Source of the DNA: Cirrosporium novae-zelandiae
Taxonomy: Eukaryota
Assembly: GCA_026023565.1 (NCBI GenBank)
Contig: JAPETS010000050.1
Location: forward strand, 1-64,000
DNA: 64,000 nucleotides
Direction of reading: 5' to 3'
Below the pieces are notes generated by a model. That model did no database searches. It was not told the DNA's origin and was given only the letters and a program-made list of their open reading frames with translations. The translations under genes and the position numbers were made by a program. Positions 63,031-64,000 of the stretch are shown here, piece by piece (the first letter of the stretch is position 1; each line of letters begins with the position of its first letter).

Positions 63031-64000
63031 GGGTCCCCACCAAAAAAGGGAGAGAGAGTGAAAAACAAAACAAAAAACAAAATCTAGGAACGATCTAGAG
63101 AAATGGCTCTACTATTTATGGTGTTTTTTTTTAATATTCCAGGATAAGAGACCCACGAGCATGACTTGTTTTCTCGAAGCTTATAGAAAAAAATTTCGAT
63201 CCTTTTTATTTGGAGTTCTGAAAAGATGATAAATTAGCTCTAGTTAGTTAGAATTATACCCTCTATTAGAAACCAATACCTTTTTTTTACGTTTTAAGTA
63301 AATTGTAGATGAATATTGCTAAATTAATCTTAGATTCACATGACCCTGAATATGATATTGGTAAGTACGTAGAGTTGGGGTACAAGAGAAATTAGGGGTC
63401 AAAGCAAAATGTGATATTGTGGTATATATACAGTACAAACTTCAACCCAGAGTTAGCGATGGTTAGGTTAGCTAGTGTGTTGAGTCCAGGACACTTGTAC
63501 CCTTGAAGTACACATTAAAATGAACATGAGAGCTAAGAACAAGATAATAGAACATAATGAATAGGTACCTAGGTGTTACGGATGCCAAGCCACATACACG
63601 TGACATCATGTGACCCACTGTATATAGATTCTCACCTTGCACCTTAGCTTCGAGAACCTTAAGTTATCATAGAATCCAAACCAGTTACACCTAGATTGAG
63701 CCTCACTGAGCCCCATATCCTAGGCGTCGTAACACTAGGTTATAGATATGTAAGTATATATATATATCAACATTCATTTCCCCCCCTCTAGATCCTTTAC
63801 TCAATCACCCAAAATCTTCCTCTATAATTCTGCCCCCCTCTAGGAATTATGAAGTGAGGGGGTGAACGAGAAGGACAAATCACTCATCATTGACTGCTGT
63901 CCCTCGTGTAATGTTGAGGGTTATGGCCTATTGATAGATATATAAATAGCGTTTGGATGTAGCTTGGAGAAATAATTGGGATGGGAAGGGGAAGGGGGAG

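Overview
Gene-dense, intron-containing DNA from a filamentous ascomycete (Pezizomycotina-type GTRWGT...RCTRAY...YAG introns). About 26 protein-coding loci can be reconstructed. Most are housekeeping genes: ELP4 5' end, ULA1, RKI1, MRE11, aldA, KEI1, ARG1, nrc-2/KIN82-type kinase, TBF1, TAF10, RSM19, TOM20, ARO7, BCP1 and GUA1. Accessory-looking genes sit among them: an F-box protein, a small secreted Cys-rich protein, an FMN reductase, a dual C2H2/Zn2Cys6 factor, a UbiD/Fdc1-like decarboxylase, an intradiol dioxygenase and a bromodomain-BTB pseudogene. I could not support any tRNA, rRNA, CRISPR array or transposon. The most unusual signals come from hand-splicing. (1) ARG1 has 12 introns, and its conserved protein can only be rebuilt if one intron ends in TG instead of AG; it also has a long GC-AG intron. 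(2) RKI1 has a hidden upstream exon that splices in frame to give a mitochondrial-presequence-like extension. (3) A loose aromatic-catabolism grouping contains a UbiD decarboxylase with no UbiX partner in the window. (4) The first aldA intron is 422 nt and carries opposed G-tract and C-tract arrays. All gene identities are from recall of family motifs, not database searches.
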